NCBI GenBank assembly: GCA_030390025.1
Contig: CM059432.1
Coordinates: 15,874,001-15,938,000, forward strand
Reading direction: 5' to 3'
Length of the DNA stretch: 64,000 nt
DNA from: Squalus acanthias
Lineage: Eukaryota
This document shows, one piece after another, positions 51,401 through 64,000 of this stretch. The stretch's first letter is position 1; the number at the start of each line of letters is the position of its first letter. The notes beneath the pieces were generated by a model, which ran no database searches, was not told where the DNA came from, and worked only from the letters and a program-made list of their open reading frames with translations. The translations under genes were made by a program, and so were the position numbers.

Positions 51401-52395
51401 TCGGACTGGAGGAAGGTATACAGTGGTGTTCCCCAGGGGTCGGTACTAGGACTGCTTTTCTTGATATATATTAATGACTTGAGCTTGGGTGTACCGGGCA
51501 CGATTTCAAAATTTGCAGATGACAAAAAACTTGGAAGTACAGTGAACAGTAAGGAGGACTGGCTGGTGGAATGGGCAGACACGTGGCAGATGAAATTTAA
51601 CGCAGAAAAGTGCGAAGTGATACATTTTGGTAGGAAGAACGAGGAGAGGCAATATAAAATAAAGGGTACAATTCTAAAGGGGGTGCATGAACAGAGAGAC
51701 CTGGGGGTATATGTGCACAAATCTTTGAAGGTGGCAGGGCAGGTTGAGAAAGCAGTTAAAAAAACATATGGGATCCTGGGCTTCATAAATAGAGGCATAG
51801 AGAACAAAAGCAAAGAAATTATGATGAACCTTTATAAAACACTGGTTCGGCCTCAACTGGCGTACTGTGTCCGACACCGCACTTTAGGAAGGATGTGAAG
51901 GCCTTAGAGAGGGTGCAGAAAAGATTTACAAGAATGGTTCCAGGGATGAGGGACTTCAGTTACGTGGATAGACTGGAGAAGTTGGGGTTGTTCTCCATAG
52001 AGCAGAGAAGGTTGAGAGGAGATTTGATAGAGGTGTTCAAAATCATGAGGGGTCCAGACAGAGTAGATAGAGAGAAACTGTTCCTATTGTTGGAAGGGTC
52101 GAGAACCAGAGGAGACAGATTCAAGTTGATTGGCAAAAGAACCAAAGGCGACATGAGGAAAAACTTTTTTACGCAGCGAGTGGTTAGGATCTGGAATGCA
52201 CTGCCTGAAAGGGTGGTGGAGGCAGATTCAATCATGGCTTTCAAAAGGGAATTGGATAAGTACCTGAAGGAAAAAAATTTGCAGGGCTACGGGGAAAGGG
52301 CGGGGGAGTGGGACTAGCTGAAGTGCTCTTGCAGAGCGCCGGCACGGGCTCGACAGGCTGAATGTCATCCTCCTGTGCTGTAACCATTCTATGAT
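48412..52395 (+). mobile_element. Near full-length, disrupted CR1 LINE (ORF1 esterase, APE endonuclease, RT)
   Basis: ORF1 AIVIGDSIV...CLPGARVKDV...GLHLN; APE VAITETW, YRPP, MGDFN, SDH; RT KSPGPDG, DFQKAFD, FADD; several stops and frameshifts. Confidence 0.95.
49196..49749 (+). mobile_element. Young CR1 3' fragment nested in the endonuclease domain of the longer CR1
   Basis: Near-identical to 43130-43679; the host frame ...RKDRE / ...GVAVLIKE resumes after it. Confidence 0.93.
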
Positions 52396-52521
52396 TGTTA
52401 CACATCAGCAAATTTGATGGTAATTTTTTGTGTCAAATTAGCACTCATTTATTTTTGGCACCCAGTGCTTTGATCAAGTGGTTCCAGGTCAAGTATAGTA
52501 CAGGTCACTTGCAGGGTATTT

Positions 52522-52840
52522 TTTTTATTCGTTCCTGGGATGTGGGCGTCACTGGCAAGGCCAGCATATATCGCCCATCTTTAATTGCCCTTGAGAAGGT
52601 GGTGGTGAGCCGCCTTCTTGAACCGCTGAGGGCCTTGTGGTGAAGATACGCCCACAGTGCTGTTAGGGAGGGAGTTCCAGGATTTTGACCCAGCGACGAT
52701 GAAGGAACGGCGACATATTTCCAGGTCAGGATGGTGTGTGACTTGGAGGGGAACTTGGAGGTGGTGGTGTTCCCATGCGCCTGCTGCCCTTGTCCTTCTA
52801 GGTGGTGGAGGTCGCGGGTTTGGGAGGTGCTGCTGAAGAA
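52522..52840 (-). mobile_element. LINE 3' end (same family as 22191)
   Basis: RRSFIVAGSKSWNSLP...RFKKAAHHHLLKGN*; further copies at 54245-54465 and 57958-58185. Confidence 0.85.
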
Positions 52841-53099
52841 AAGGTGTGAAGCATCCTTCACTGTGCACCAACACTAGACAAATCTCCCCGTTCTGCCCAG
52901 ATATTTTTTTCCCATCTGCCACATCATTCATTACTCTAGCCTTGAGTGAGATTGAAAATTTAATACCAGTTTGCACTGTGAATTCTTGCCTACTCAGAAT
53001 TAAATTAGGACCATCCCAAATGTTTCATTCGGGACTCTTCTAGCAAAGACCAAAAGAGGAAATTTTAATCACATTCGCATGAGATAGATCCAAACCCAA

Positions 53100-53942
53100 G
53101 TGCTGGATTTTCTCAGCCCCGAGGAGACGGGTATGGAGGCGGGACTGCCGGGAAAGTGGCAGAATTTGGGGGCGGGTGGCAAACCCGCCCCAACCCGCCT
53201 CCGTGCCCTTTTGCCAGGAGGCGGGAAGCCGTCCTGCCCCGGGTCCCGTCTCCTTGGAGGCGGGAACAGATTAAAGCCTATTAACTGCCTGTTAACAGGT
53301 AGTTAACAGGCAAAAAATAGGATTATCCCCATTTTTCGTGCTGAAGTGCGGGCTTCCCGACCTGGGGGAACCCCGCCGGGGTGTAGGAGGTGAGTAGGAG
53401 GTCTGCGGGGGTCGGGGGGTCTGAAAGTGCGATGTAGAGGTGAGTGATGAGTGCAAGTGTGGAGTGGTAAGTATGTGAGGTGAGTGTAAAGTGTTAGAAA
53501 ATGTTAACTTACCTTTGTTTCTCCCTACAGCCTTCAGCCGCTGTGGAGCCGGAGTCCCTGACATCTCCATTGTAGAGATCACAGACTGGCTGTTGCATCC
53601 TCCGATACAACAGCCAGCTGATTTCTACAAAGTAGAAAGGTTTGATGAGTCCTGAACACAAGGGCTCATCAAACTACACAGAATGTCAGTATTTGACAGC
53701 TTCACAGAGCTGTCAAACAATGACATTTCTTCTTTCAAAAGTTCTTGACAGATGACTCGTCATACGTTGACGTGCTCTGTCACTGACTTTCCCCTAATTG
53801 GCCTGCTGAGCCCGCAGGGCGGGCTTAATAAGGTCAATCGGGAAAATCCCGCTGGTTGGCCAGAGGCTGATGGAGGCGGGACTGAAACCCAGCAAGTAGC
53901 AGTCCCGTCTCCAACACGTCTCCATTCATAAAATCCAGCCCC
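53100..53942 (+). mobile_element. ~840-bp MITE family, copy 3
   Basis: GCTGGATTTT...AAAATCCAGCCC; internal palindromes shared with 28217. Confidence 0.8.
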
Positions 53943-54763
53943 AAGTCTCTGATCAAGCAGTATTCTTGGACCATTCTTGTAACTGGGTGCAAACCAGGCT
54001 GTAATTGCCACTTTTCAGATTTGTTGACTAGTTTACTAGGTTACTGAGATGTACAGAAATCTACTGTTCTAAAGTCATAGGGGGGCATTTTGCAAGTACA
54101 CTCTGCCACCAGGGAGCCTCAACTACCGCAGGCACATATTGGAAAAGCGCAGCGAGCACATCTATATTTTCCAGTACATGCTGTCGGCGAGTGCAGTTCC
54201 CCAGCGCTAACACGTACTCCTAAGATTTTTTTTTTCAATTTGTTTTTTGGGATGTGGGCGTCACTGGCAAGGCCAGCATTTATTGCCCATCCCTAATTGC
54301 CCTTGAGAAGGTGGTGGTGAGCCGCCTTCTTGAACCGCTGCAGTCCGTGTGGTGAAGATACTCCCACAGTGCTGTTAGGGAGGGAGTTCCAGGATTTTGA
54401 CCCAGTGACGATGAAGGATCGGCGATATACTTCCAAGTCAGGATGGTGTGTGACTTGGAGGGGAAATTGCCATGCCCCCACATCTTTTAGCAGTGCACTG
54501 TGGGTACTCGATAGTATTTATGTTCATAGCTTGCTCTGAGCTATTGTGAGTTGGTGTCCCGATGCTCAGTGCCATGGAGCAACAGTGGGCCCACAGGTTC
54601 CTACGCAGTTCTTGATCTTGGCTTGATTGTCAGTGGGAGGAGGTAATCACTTCTCTGCAGGGAAACTTGTGCTTCCCAGGCCACTCATAGAATGATGAGC
54701 ACAGAAGGAGGCCATTCGGCCCATCGTGCCTATGCCTGCGCTCATGCAGCTCTTGCCGACAAC

Positions 54764-55141
54764 TAAGAACATAAGAAATAAGAGCAGGAGTAGGCCATAC
54801 GGCCCCTCGAGCCTGCTCCGCCATTCAATAAGATCATGGCTGATCTTCGACCTCAACTCCACTTTCCCGCCCCATCTCCATATCCCTTGATTCCCTTAGA
54901 GTCCAAAAATCTATCTTTCTCAGCCTTGAATATATTCAAAGACTCAGCATTCACAACCCTCTGGGGCAGAGAATTCCAAAGATTCACAACCCTCTGAGTG
55001 AAGAAATTTCTCCTCATCTCAGTCTTAAATAGCCGACCCCTTATCCTGAGACTATGCCCCCTAGTTCGAGACACTCCAGCCAGGGGAAACAACCTCTCAG
55101 CATCTACCCTGTCAATCCCCTTCAGAATCTTATATGTTTCT
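54764..55141 (-). mobile_element. CR1 3' fragment
   Basis: ORF 54853-55092 SRTRGHSLRI...FFTQRVVNLWNSLP. Confidence 0.9.
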
Positions 55142-55609
55142 GAAATCCAGAGGAAACACAGTGCCAGGGTTGAAAAGAGGCATGAGATAAATCAAGTAGA
55201 GTTTAGATTATGTCAAGCTTGTCTTAAAAGCCGGGATATGGTAGGAGAAAGGTAAGACTAGGAACGTTAAGGGGTTCCACAGTTTTGAGGACATGGGAAG
55301 ATATGAGTTATGATTTCATACAGCAAAATCTCACAAACAGCAATGAGATAAATGATCTGTGGTGTTTGGTGGTGTAGGTTATGTGGCATAAGACAGGGCA
55401 GTTGAGGTGCACTGATTACAGCAGTAACAATCAAAGAGAGATAATGAAGAAAGAAAGAACTTGCATTTATAGCGCACCTTTCTCATCTTAAGGATATCCC
55501 AAAGTGCTAGACAGCCAATGAAGTACTTTTGAAATGTCGACATTATAGGCAAACACAGCAGTCAGTCTGAACCCAGCAAGGTTCCACAAACAGCAGTAAG
55601 ATAAAAGAC

Positions 55610-56057
55610 CATAGAATCATAGAAGTTTACGGCACAGAAGGAGAGTATTTGGCCCATTGTGTCTGTGCCAGCCAAAAAAGTGTTATCCAGCCTAATCCCA
55701 CTTTCCATGGAGTTGGGTCGCAGATCAGCCATGATCTCATTGAATGGCAGAACAGGCTCGAGGGGCTCAATGGTCTACTCCTGTTCCTATGTTCCTAAGT
55801 TCCAGCTCTTGGTCCGTAGCCTTGTAGGCCACGGCACTTCAACTGTACATCCAAGCACTTTTTAAATGTGATGAGGGTTTCTGCCTCTCCCACCCTTTCA
55901 GGCAGTGAGTTCTAGACCCACCACCCTCTGTGTGAAAAAAAGTCTTCTCAACTCTCCACTAATCTTTCTACCAATTACTTTAAATCTCTGCCCCCTGGTT
56001 ATTGACCTCTTTGCTAAGGGGACTTGGTGCTTCCTATCTACTCTATCTAGACCCCAC
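55610..56057 (-). mobile_element. CR1 3' fragment carrying an oppositely oriented ~90-bp CR1 tail (55707-55799)
   Basis: The insert is flanked by TTCCA on both sides. Confidence 0.75.
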
Positions 56058-56681
56058 GTAACTTTGCTTTTTTTAAAAAAAAAAGTGGCGTTCGTTGAGG
56101 GACTATGGGAGAAATCTGCTGTTCTTTGAATAATGGAATGGAATCTTTTACGTCACTTGAGAACACAGGCAGGACCACAGCTTTAACAGTGTGGTACTCA
56201 CTCAGTACCTCACTGAAGTGTCAGCCTAGATTATGTGCTCAACTCTCTGGAGTGGGGCTTGAACCTTCTGGCTCAGTAGGCAAGCGGGCTACCACTCATC
56301 CAAGGCTGACACTAATAGCTGCATCTTCAGACGGGAAGTGGAAGTGAGGAAGAAATGACAGAGGAGACGCTGTTTTGTTGCCCCTCCAGTAAAGATGTGT
56401 TTAATTTAGTCTGTAAAATACCATGGTGAAAATCTCATGCTTCAGATGACTTGTATTGAAAAGCTTTCCACAGTCGCGGTTTAAAAAAAAAGTACTCCAA
56501 ATGAAAAGCAGCTTAAACTTATTTTACAGAGACAACGCACACATGAATCTCGTTTTATGAGAATCAACATTATCTGTGTTGTAAACTAAATGTCATTGAC
56601 TAGCACTGAACCAATTCAGTGTATAATTGAAAGATTATGGTTATTTTAAGAATTGATGATCGTGCTTCCCGTTTCTCTCAG

Positions 56682-56871
56682 GTTTGCGATCCAGCTGAAT
56701 ATTCGAACATACGCCTCCAGCGGCCTGGTGTACTACATGGCCCATCAAAACCAGATTGACTACGCAGCCCTTCAGCTCTGGAAGGGACGATTGCATTTCC
56801 TGTTTAATCTTGGAAAAGGAACAGCTGTGGCCATCCTGCCTACTCTTATTAATGACGGCAAATGGCATACA
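56682..56871 (+). CDS. LAMA1: LAMA1 LG4 exon (FAIQLNIRTYASSGLVYYMAHQNQIDYAALQL...NDGKWHT)
   Basis: cag| and |gtaagt; phase 2 to 0. Confidence 0.97.
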
Positions 56872-56931
56872 GTAAGTCCAGTTATTACATCTGCTGCATA
56901 TCTAAACTCTCACTTTTTTTAATCTCTCTTT

Positions 56932-57632
56932 GGGGGGGAAATTCGGTTGATTTGCGCCTCCCATTAGCGCCCTAAGAGGGCGCTAACGGGGCGCAAAGCA
57001 ACTAGCGCCTGGGCGCGGCGCCCCAACGCCTCCCACAAAATTCAGCGGGAGGTTAGCGCCGGTGGTAACCGTTAGCGCCCCGCGGCGCTGTGCCGCCGTC
57101 GCCCCGCTCGCGCCCCAGCGGGGATCTTCGGTAGCGCCCCCTGACTTAGCGCCGGACGCTATGTCCGATAGGGTCAAGGGGGCCTACCTGCGGCCGGGGC
57201 GGTGCAAATTAAAGGGGAGGTGCAGGGCGGCCATTTTTGTTGCTGGCCGCCTGCCAGCACCTGCCCCCCGTTGCTGTCCTCGGCCTCCTCTGCAGCCCCC
57301 CCGCGGGGTGCCGACCTCGCTCCGTGAGCCCGGCACTTCTCTTGAGTGCCGGGCTCTTTCGCCGGCACTCCGATCCCTGGTGGCCCAGCTGGGCCCCAGG
57401 TTGCGCTACGCTAGGTCCCTCCCCTTTAATAAGGGGAGGAAGGCCTGCAGTCCCGCGGCACGTAGCGCCACGATATTCACTCGCAGCGCCCCATGAGGGA
57501 GGCTGGGCACTTCCAGTAGCACCCCACCTCCCTCTTGGGGCGCTACCAGTTAATTTCGGGCACGGGGGCACTAACTTTTTCGGGGCGCGAAAAGTAGCGC
57601 CCCAAAAGGGGCGCGACCCAATTTTGCCCCCC
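56932..57632. mobile_element. Very GC/CpG-rich MITE-like element
   Basis: Ends GGGGGGAAATTCGGT / ACCCAATTTTGCCCCC; many (T)AGCGCC and GGCGCTA subterminal motifs. Confidence 0.65.
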
Positions 57633-58840
57633 TTTCTTACATGCAACGTGTGCTACGAAAGAATAGTTGACTATTGTCCTCCTATCGATTACTTTGGACC
57701 AATAAATCTGGACACAGTATCCAAGAATTAAAACAGAGTGAAGAATACTTTGAGGAAGTCTCGCAAAAAAGTTTGGGGTAGCATAATTCCCTCCCCCATT
57801 TAAGGCAGATGGAAGTTCCACCCAAAACAAACCCCAGTGGAAACTCACGGCTTGCGTCCTGACCCGGCATATCCAGGTCCCACCCAACTTTTGCCCATTT
57901 TTGAGCTGCACTAGCAGCATGCACCCCAACCGAGAGGCCCAGGTCCGGCCCAAAATTGAGCCACCTTCTTGAACCGCTGCAGTCCGTGTGGTGAAGGTAC
58001 TCCCACAGTGCTGTTAGGGAGGGAGTTCCAGGATTTTGACCCAGCGATGATGAAGGATCGGCGATATACTTCTAAGTCAGGATGTTGTGTAACTTGGAGG
58101 GGAACTTGGAGGTGGTGGTGTTCCCCTGCGCCTGCTGCCCTTGTCTTTCTAGGTGGAAGAGGTCCCGGGAGGGGTTTGGAGGCAGTAATGGAGGGGGCGA
58201 TCACAGTGACTATGGATTCGGTGGAGCACTCCTGCTCCTTCTGGTTCTGCTGGAAGTTTTTTTTTAATAGCATACCTTTCGTTAGCGGCCGCTGCTTAGG
58301 CCGCAGGAGCCGCTGAAGAATCTTGAGCAGGGCGGGCCCAATGCCTGTCCCAATCTTCGCTGTCCAATTTCTGTGAGGGGGACCTAAAGCAAATGTTATG
58401 CCCCTCATTTACAGATTTAAAGGACCCGACTTCTATCTTAGGTGGCCACCAAGGACACGTGAAAAATGGCCCAACCCAATTTCAGGTCTGATGCTTTTCA
58501 GGCGTCTCGGGGCTCCCTGAAATTGGGCCATGTTGTGCCAGTTTTATGCGTGGAAAACAGGCGCAAAGAGGTCTGATTTTTACCATATGAGTTCCATAAG
58601 GTGAGTTTTTCTCAATTGGGCCTTCAGGGAGATGACAAACGGAGACCAAGTTCTTTGCCCAAGAAAAATCGCCTCAGTCTACTATGTATACTCATCTCCT
58701 TATGGATGGCTATGGACCAAATCAGCAGAGGCTTTGGATCAGACCCCCTGTGAGAATAGTGCATGGCTGAAAGAATCCTAGAGTAGAGTGGCACGCAAAT
58801 TATATTTTTGGTTTTAACTAAATTTTAAAGACATCTAATA

Positions 58841-59149
58841 CAGGTTGAGCATCCCGAATCCGGCAACCTCGGGACCGAGGCCGAGCCGGTTTTCGGGTTT
58901 TTCCGGACTTCGGAACGTGTTTCTGATGTCCGAAGTCCGGAAACACCCAAGCCCAGGTTGTGATATTTCTGGACTTTGGACATCAGAAACACGTGCCGAG
59001 TCCGGAAATGCCTGGGCCCATTTCCGGTTTTTGGTAAGCCTCCCTCAGGGTGTCCGGATTCCGGAACATTTTACGGATTCCAGACCCCTGCCACCAATCG
59101 TCCGGATTCCGGAACATTCCGGATCTCCAGATTTGGGACGCTCAACCTG
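58841..59149. mobile_element. Tc1/mariner (pogo/Tigger-type) MITE
   Basis: TA|CAGGTTGAGCATCCC ... GGGACGCTCAACCTG|TA; internal TCCGGA repeats. Confidence 0.88.
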
Positions 59150-59969
59150 TACTTCTAAATATTAAAACTGTGATGAAATACAACTTTTTTATTAATCTTC
59201 TTAGGGGGTGAATTTCCACAAGGGCTTGCCCATTTGTCTGCTGTAATTTCAGCAACAGAGCTGTGGAAACCCTGGAAAAACAGTATTTGCGGGTGTTCCG
59301 TAGCTCTTCCGCCGAAGTTATGACAGACAAACGACAGACCCGCTGAGGAATTCCACCCCCTTGGGTGCTCTGTAATCAGTAACAAACTTTTATAATATGT
59401 AAGCTGCCTAGGCCCTAAGCTCTGGAATTCCCTCCCTAATCCTCTCCGTCTCTCTAACTCTCTTTATGAGTTGCTCCTTAAAACCTACCTCTTTGAATAC
59501 GCCTTTGGTCACCTGTCCTAATATCTCCTTATGTCTTTGGTGTAAAATGTTATTTGTTAACATTCCTGTGAAGCGCCTTGGGATGTTTTACTACGTTAAA
59601 GGCGCTACATAAATACAAGCTGTTATTCTGACAGACTGAGCACCAGAAATTGATCTTTACTTTGTTTAGCAAACAGTGCACATATTGATGCTAAAATGAG
59701 ACAGTTACATTAGATCCAGTGGTAAACCAAACTCCAAAAAGTCAATTTTTCTGGAAGACAATCAGATGTAAAGCTGTAAATCAATGAGAAAAATTGCCCT
59801 TCATTTCAAGTGTCAAAAGAAATAGTATTGTAATACAAAGGCAAAATAATGCGAATGCTGGAAATCTGAAATATAACAGATTAGTATTGTAATCGCCCTG
59901 TTTTAGCTAACGGGAATGAGATCTTGTTGCTTCTATTTCTCTTACGCTTTTTCTCTGTCTCTCTCAAAG

Positions 59970-60122
59970 GTAAAAACAGAATATGCGAAGCGAAGAGGCA
60001 TGATTACTGTGGATGGGAAGGAATCCAGCTCTGCTCTGGGAGATGGCAACTCACTGGACGTAGAAGGAAAACTATACCTTGGAGGCTTGCCTCTAGACTA
60101 CACTGCCAAGAAAATAGGAAAT
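59970..60122 (+). CDS. LAMA1: LAMA1 LG4 exon (VKTEYAKRRGMITVDG...LDVEGKLYLGGLP...KIGN)
   Basis: aag| and |gtaaga; phase 0 to 0. Confidence 0.96.
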
Positions 60123-60227
60123 GTAAGAATAACTCCAGTATCAGACATGTGAAGTGTTTCTCTAATGCATTTTGCTAACATGCTTTTCTTATACGTCATT
60201 GTCACTATTGATGCTTCAACAGAAGTA

Positions 60228-60661
60228 CAGTAAACTTTCGTTTAAACGGCACCTAATTATCCGGAATTCTCTAATAACCGGCAAAATTGATACTCAGAAA
60301 ACAACACCTCAATAACCGGAAATGTTGCCGAGTCCGAGTCTCCCGCGGTGGCCGAGTTAGTCAGTGGGGGTAGTTCTCCAAACGGCCACTACTCGGCTTC
60401 TTGGCGCTGTCGGAAGTCTCTTCCGATCCGAACACCTCAATAACCGGAAATGTTGCCGAGTCCGAGTCCATTCACCTACAGAATGTTCCATTTAACGGAA
60501 CATTCTGCAGGTGAGTACCCAATTATACTGTACATTTCTTGATTTTTTTATTTTTGTTTGTTAAAAATAGCCTCGGTAGATATACCTCTCCGTCATCCGG
60601 AATTTTTAATCAACCGGCACCATCCCGGTCCCGTCGGTGCCGGATACGAAAGAGTTTACTG
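60228..60661. mobile_element. Tc1/mariner (pogo/Tigger-type) MITE
   Basis: TA|CAGTAAACT ... AGTTTACTG|TA; internal 38-bp direct repeat at ~60303 and ~60431. Confidence 0.85.
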
Positions 60662-62813
60662 TACATAAGTAACACTGATCAATAAACACATGGGAGTATT
60701 CACCAGTGGTTAACGTTTAGTTTATACTATAGGGTAAATTCACCGACCCCACGCTCCCAGTGGGGAGCTGTCTTCGAAGGGAGCATGGGCTGTGAATTTA
60801 CCCAATAGTATAAACTAAACATTAACCCCTGGCGGTCTGTAACAGCAGCGTTAGGACAAGAGCTTCCCATTCAGATGAACAAAATGAACTGTGCAGCCAA
60901 CCGCCATTCGAATTCAGCTGTCCAGTCTCCTTCGGGGAAGACCGCTAGTTACTCGTGACTTGTGATAGCTGTGTCGCTCAAGGAAGGGAAAGGGAGCCGA
61001 GGAAGGAAGGAGAGTAAAATGTGCCCTCTATCAGCAGATAGGAAACGGCAACCGTTGGAAAAGTCTCCATCCTGTCCCATCCTCTCCTTACTGAAAAAGG
61101 ATGTTGCAGGGCTGCAAAGGAAATGGAAACGGGATTATATAAAGAGGAATGATTTTTTTTTAAAAAGCACCTTCCTAATGCTTTATGTTTATATTTGTAA
61201 AATTGATGCTTCAGTAAAACGAGCACAAACCGTGATTAGCAAAATACTTTCTGAAACTCTGGGGTAAGGAAACTTAGTTGCTCTTCAGTCATGAGATCTG
61301 TACTTGAAGCTCAATGTATTTAATTGAGATTATTATTATGACGTTCAACATCGAGATGTTAGATTGCTATAAATGATATGTGTATGGACATGGCCAGGTG
61401 ATTAAGGTTTTTCTCTCATTCTTGTAGTCACAAGTTGAAGTGTATGACTGAGTCCATTTTCGAACATAAGATAACTTCCCAAACTGAAATCATAGAAATT
61501 TCAGCACAGGAACAGGCCATTTGGTCCATTGCGCCTGTTACAGTGCTATGTGCGTATCTAATCCCTTTCCTGGGAAATGGAGATCTTGCCTCCTAGCCTT
61601 AAAAATAAAAATCAATTCTGCCCATGGTCTTCAGAAGTCCAGGCCCCAATCCTGGCCTGGACCTCCAGGTGGGCCCTGTCAGGGAGGGATGCCTGGTGAG
61701 CCCCCAACCTAGGAGGCCCCTGGCCCTGCCCCTCCTCACATCAGTGGCCTTGTGGGAGCAGGTGGATGCTCAGGATCTGGCAAAGTATGTAACCTCTCTG
61801 GCAGATTCCCACTGTAAATCCAGTGGGAGGCCGCTGGAATGGCCATGGAATTTCACCCCCCCACCACCACCACCATAACTCTATGGAGGAAGATTTGGAA
61901 CATAGGAACAGGAATTGGCCATTCAACCCCTAGAGCAGTTCCGCCTTGTAGCCTTTCGGTAACTGCAGAGAAAACCCATCTTTTGTTTCCCACACAGCAC
62001 AAGTCAAAAGCCATACAGACCGATGGATGTGTTGGGGATGACCTATTCTTAGATATATTCTGACCTATGCAGCATCAGAGAGAGGTAGCCAGACTGTCGA
62101 CCCTTGAGCAGATGGGGCAGTGTTAAAAGACTAGCTAGCATTTACAGATTTCCACATTGATTCCAAGAATGCAAGAGCTGCCACAGAACACGTGCCAATA
62201 CAAAATGTCCACACAAAATATGTGAGTCACGGATTCAGAGACCAGTTATTCTCCCTGTAGCACTCGTTCACATAGGGAGCGGTCGAAAACTCTGCTTCAT
62301 CAGAAGTTTAAATGCTGCTAAACCAGGGTTTGTTGAGCGTGTATTAGGCATTGGGAGATCTGTGACTGATAAATGCTGTAAATTGCTTCAAGGTTGTCTC
62401 CTTTCAGCAACCCAGGGTTAAATTCCGGAGACATTAAAGGGTAACATTTTCCAGTGGGTGATGTTCAGGTCTAGATGCTGAGTACGCTCATATTACACTC
62501 CTCTGTGCGGTGCTTTTAACCAAGCATTCATCCACTCATTATAAACGGCCTAAGATCCGCCTAAAAGTAACACACTGAGGATTGTAGTATGAGCATGTTG
62601 CTCATTATTATCTGAACTTCAGCAATTGGAAAATACACAAACCTCATTGTATTTGAGGTCCAAGTTATACCACATAATATGCAAGGGAGAAAAAAAAACA
62701 ACTTGGAAAGCACTAGATCCCATTAAACAAGAAATAGCTAAGGCAGTTGTAATCTGATGTGAATTATTACCCGACCATCTCATTGTCTGTGAGTTTGTTT
62801 GTTTTTTCTTCAG

Positions 62814-62967
62814 GCAACGCACAGTATCCCTGCTTGTCTTGGCAGCGTGACCTTGAATAACAAGCCCCTGGACATGGAGCGGCCAGTTTCCATCCTCACC
62901 GTCAGCAGATGTTACACTGCTGTCCAGGAGGGCACCTTCTTTGATGGCACTGGATTTGCTGCACTCG
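62814..62967 (+). CDS. LAMA1: LAMA1 LG4 end and LG5 start (ATHSIPACLGSV...CYTAVQEGTFFDGTGFAAL)
   Basis: cag| and |gtaaat; translated by hand; the gene continues past the window. Confidence 0.95.
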
Positions 62968-63469
62968 GTAAATAGGGTTTAATGTTAAGAAGTTAGATTC
63001 TGCTTTATGCAGGTACTTGTGATTGTCCCCATAAAAGTAATCCAAAATTAAATGTATTCGTGTCCTGTATATAGATTTCTCTTCACCTCCCCAATGTGTC
63101 CTTAGGCAGATGACGTGGGATTTGGAAAGATACTGCATTGTATTTAAATGAAGAAAACTAGTCGTACTTCCCTCAGATCTTCTGCCAGTCAAACAGTATA
63201 AGTAACTTTCACCACTTTAATACTGGCACTCTAGTCTGGGAGAACAGCACTTAAGTAGACATCCAAACTCTACACTTCCCTTTTTGATGTGCCTCCAGTA
63301 CCTATTGGAGGGCCAATAGAAAGGGATACTTGGTTTCCCCACCACTGCCCTTCACTCTCAAGACCTACAAAACATTGAGCGGCATTGGAGGCACAGATTT
63401 TGCCACCATTATTTTATTGTTCTGTTAACGAGACTAACGTATTCCTGCTGCCACCACATGCTAACAATA

Positions 63470-64000
63470 TAAACAATGCTATCACGCGGCACTGAGTCAC
63501 CAATAACCTGCTCACCAATGCTCAGTCTGCGTTCCGTCGGGACTGCTCAGCTCCAGACCTCATTACAGCCTTGGTCTAAATATGAAAACTGAAGTCAATG
63601 CGGATTAGGGTGAAAACTCTCCACTGGCTGGAGTCATACCTGACACAAAGGAAGATGATTGTGGTTGTTGAAGGCCAATCATCTCAGCCCCAGAATATCA
63701 CGCAGGGCTTAGGTCCTAGGCCCAACTATGTTCAGTTGCTTCATCAATGACCTCTCCATCATAAGGTCAGAAGTGAGACTGTTAGCTGACCATTGCACAA
63801 TGTTCAGCTCCATTCACAATTCGTCAGATAATGAACTAGTCCATGCCCATATGCAGCAAGACCTGGACAACATCCAGTCTTGGGCTGTTAAATGGCAAGT
63901 AACATTTGTGCCACACAAGTGCCAGGCAATGACTTTTTCCAAGAAGAGAGAGTCTAACCACCTCCACATGACATTCACTGGCATTATCATCACTGAATCC
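63470..64000 (+). mobile_element. Degenerate LINE reverse transcriptase fragment
   Basis: WLESYL..RKM.VVV.GQSS, VLGPTMFSCFINDL, LADH (FADD-like), WQVTFVPHKCQ. Confidence 0.8.

Noticed and set aside
48412..52395. Active autonomous CR1
   Set aside because: It has in-frame stops, frameshifts, deletions and a nested insertion.
61620..61850. Collagen-like or transposase ORF (GPPGGP)
   Set aside because: There is no sustained Gly-X-Y pattern or recognizable motif.
960..62967. LAMA2 identity
   Set aside because: IKVAVSADRDCIRAY, LWNYxEREG, YYMAHQNQ and HSIPAC match alpha-1 as I recall it; only the LG3 loop and linker look alpha-2-like.

Overview
Vertebrate genomic DNA; the repeat families point to a cartilaginous fish (inferred, not proven). 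The window lies entirely inside a + strand laminin alpha-1 gene (LAMA1). I traced 22 consecutive coding exons by hand (960..62967, 3280 nt). They join in one frame with compatible phases and encode the end of the coiled coil, the S|IKVAV motif, LG1-LG4 and the start of LG5. The gene start and end lie outside the window. One intron needs a GC donor. The introns hold an ~8.9 kb array of a 27-bp two-state minisatellite, many CR1 and other LINE fragments (one near full-length CR1 with a nested CR1), two tRNA-derived SINE families, Penelope-like fragments with minimal hammerhead ribozyme cores, a decayed two-gene Harbinger transposon, many TIR-bounded MITEs and a hAT remnant. The most notable items are the binary minisatellite with internal ~3 kb duplication, an alpha-2-like furin site in this alpha-1 LG3, three antisense hammerheads, a fold-back next to the GC donor, and a 32-bp inverted templated insertion. 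I see no convincing new multi-gene system; most long ORFs in the track come from repeats.
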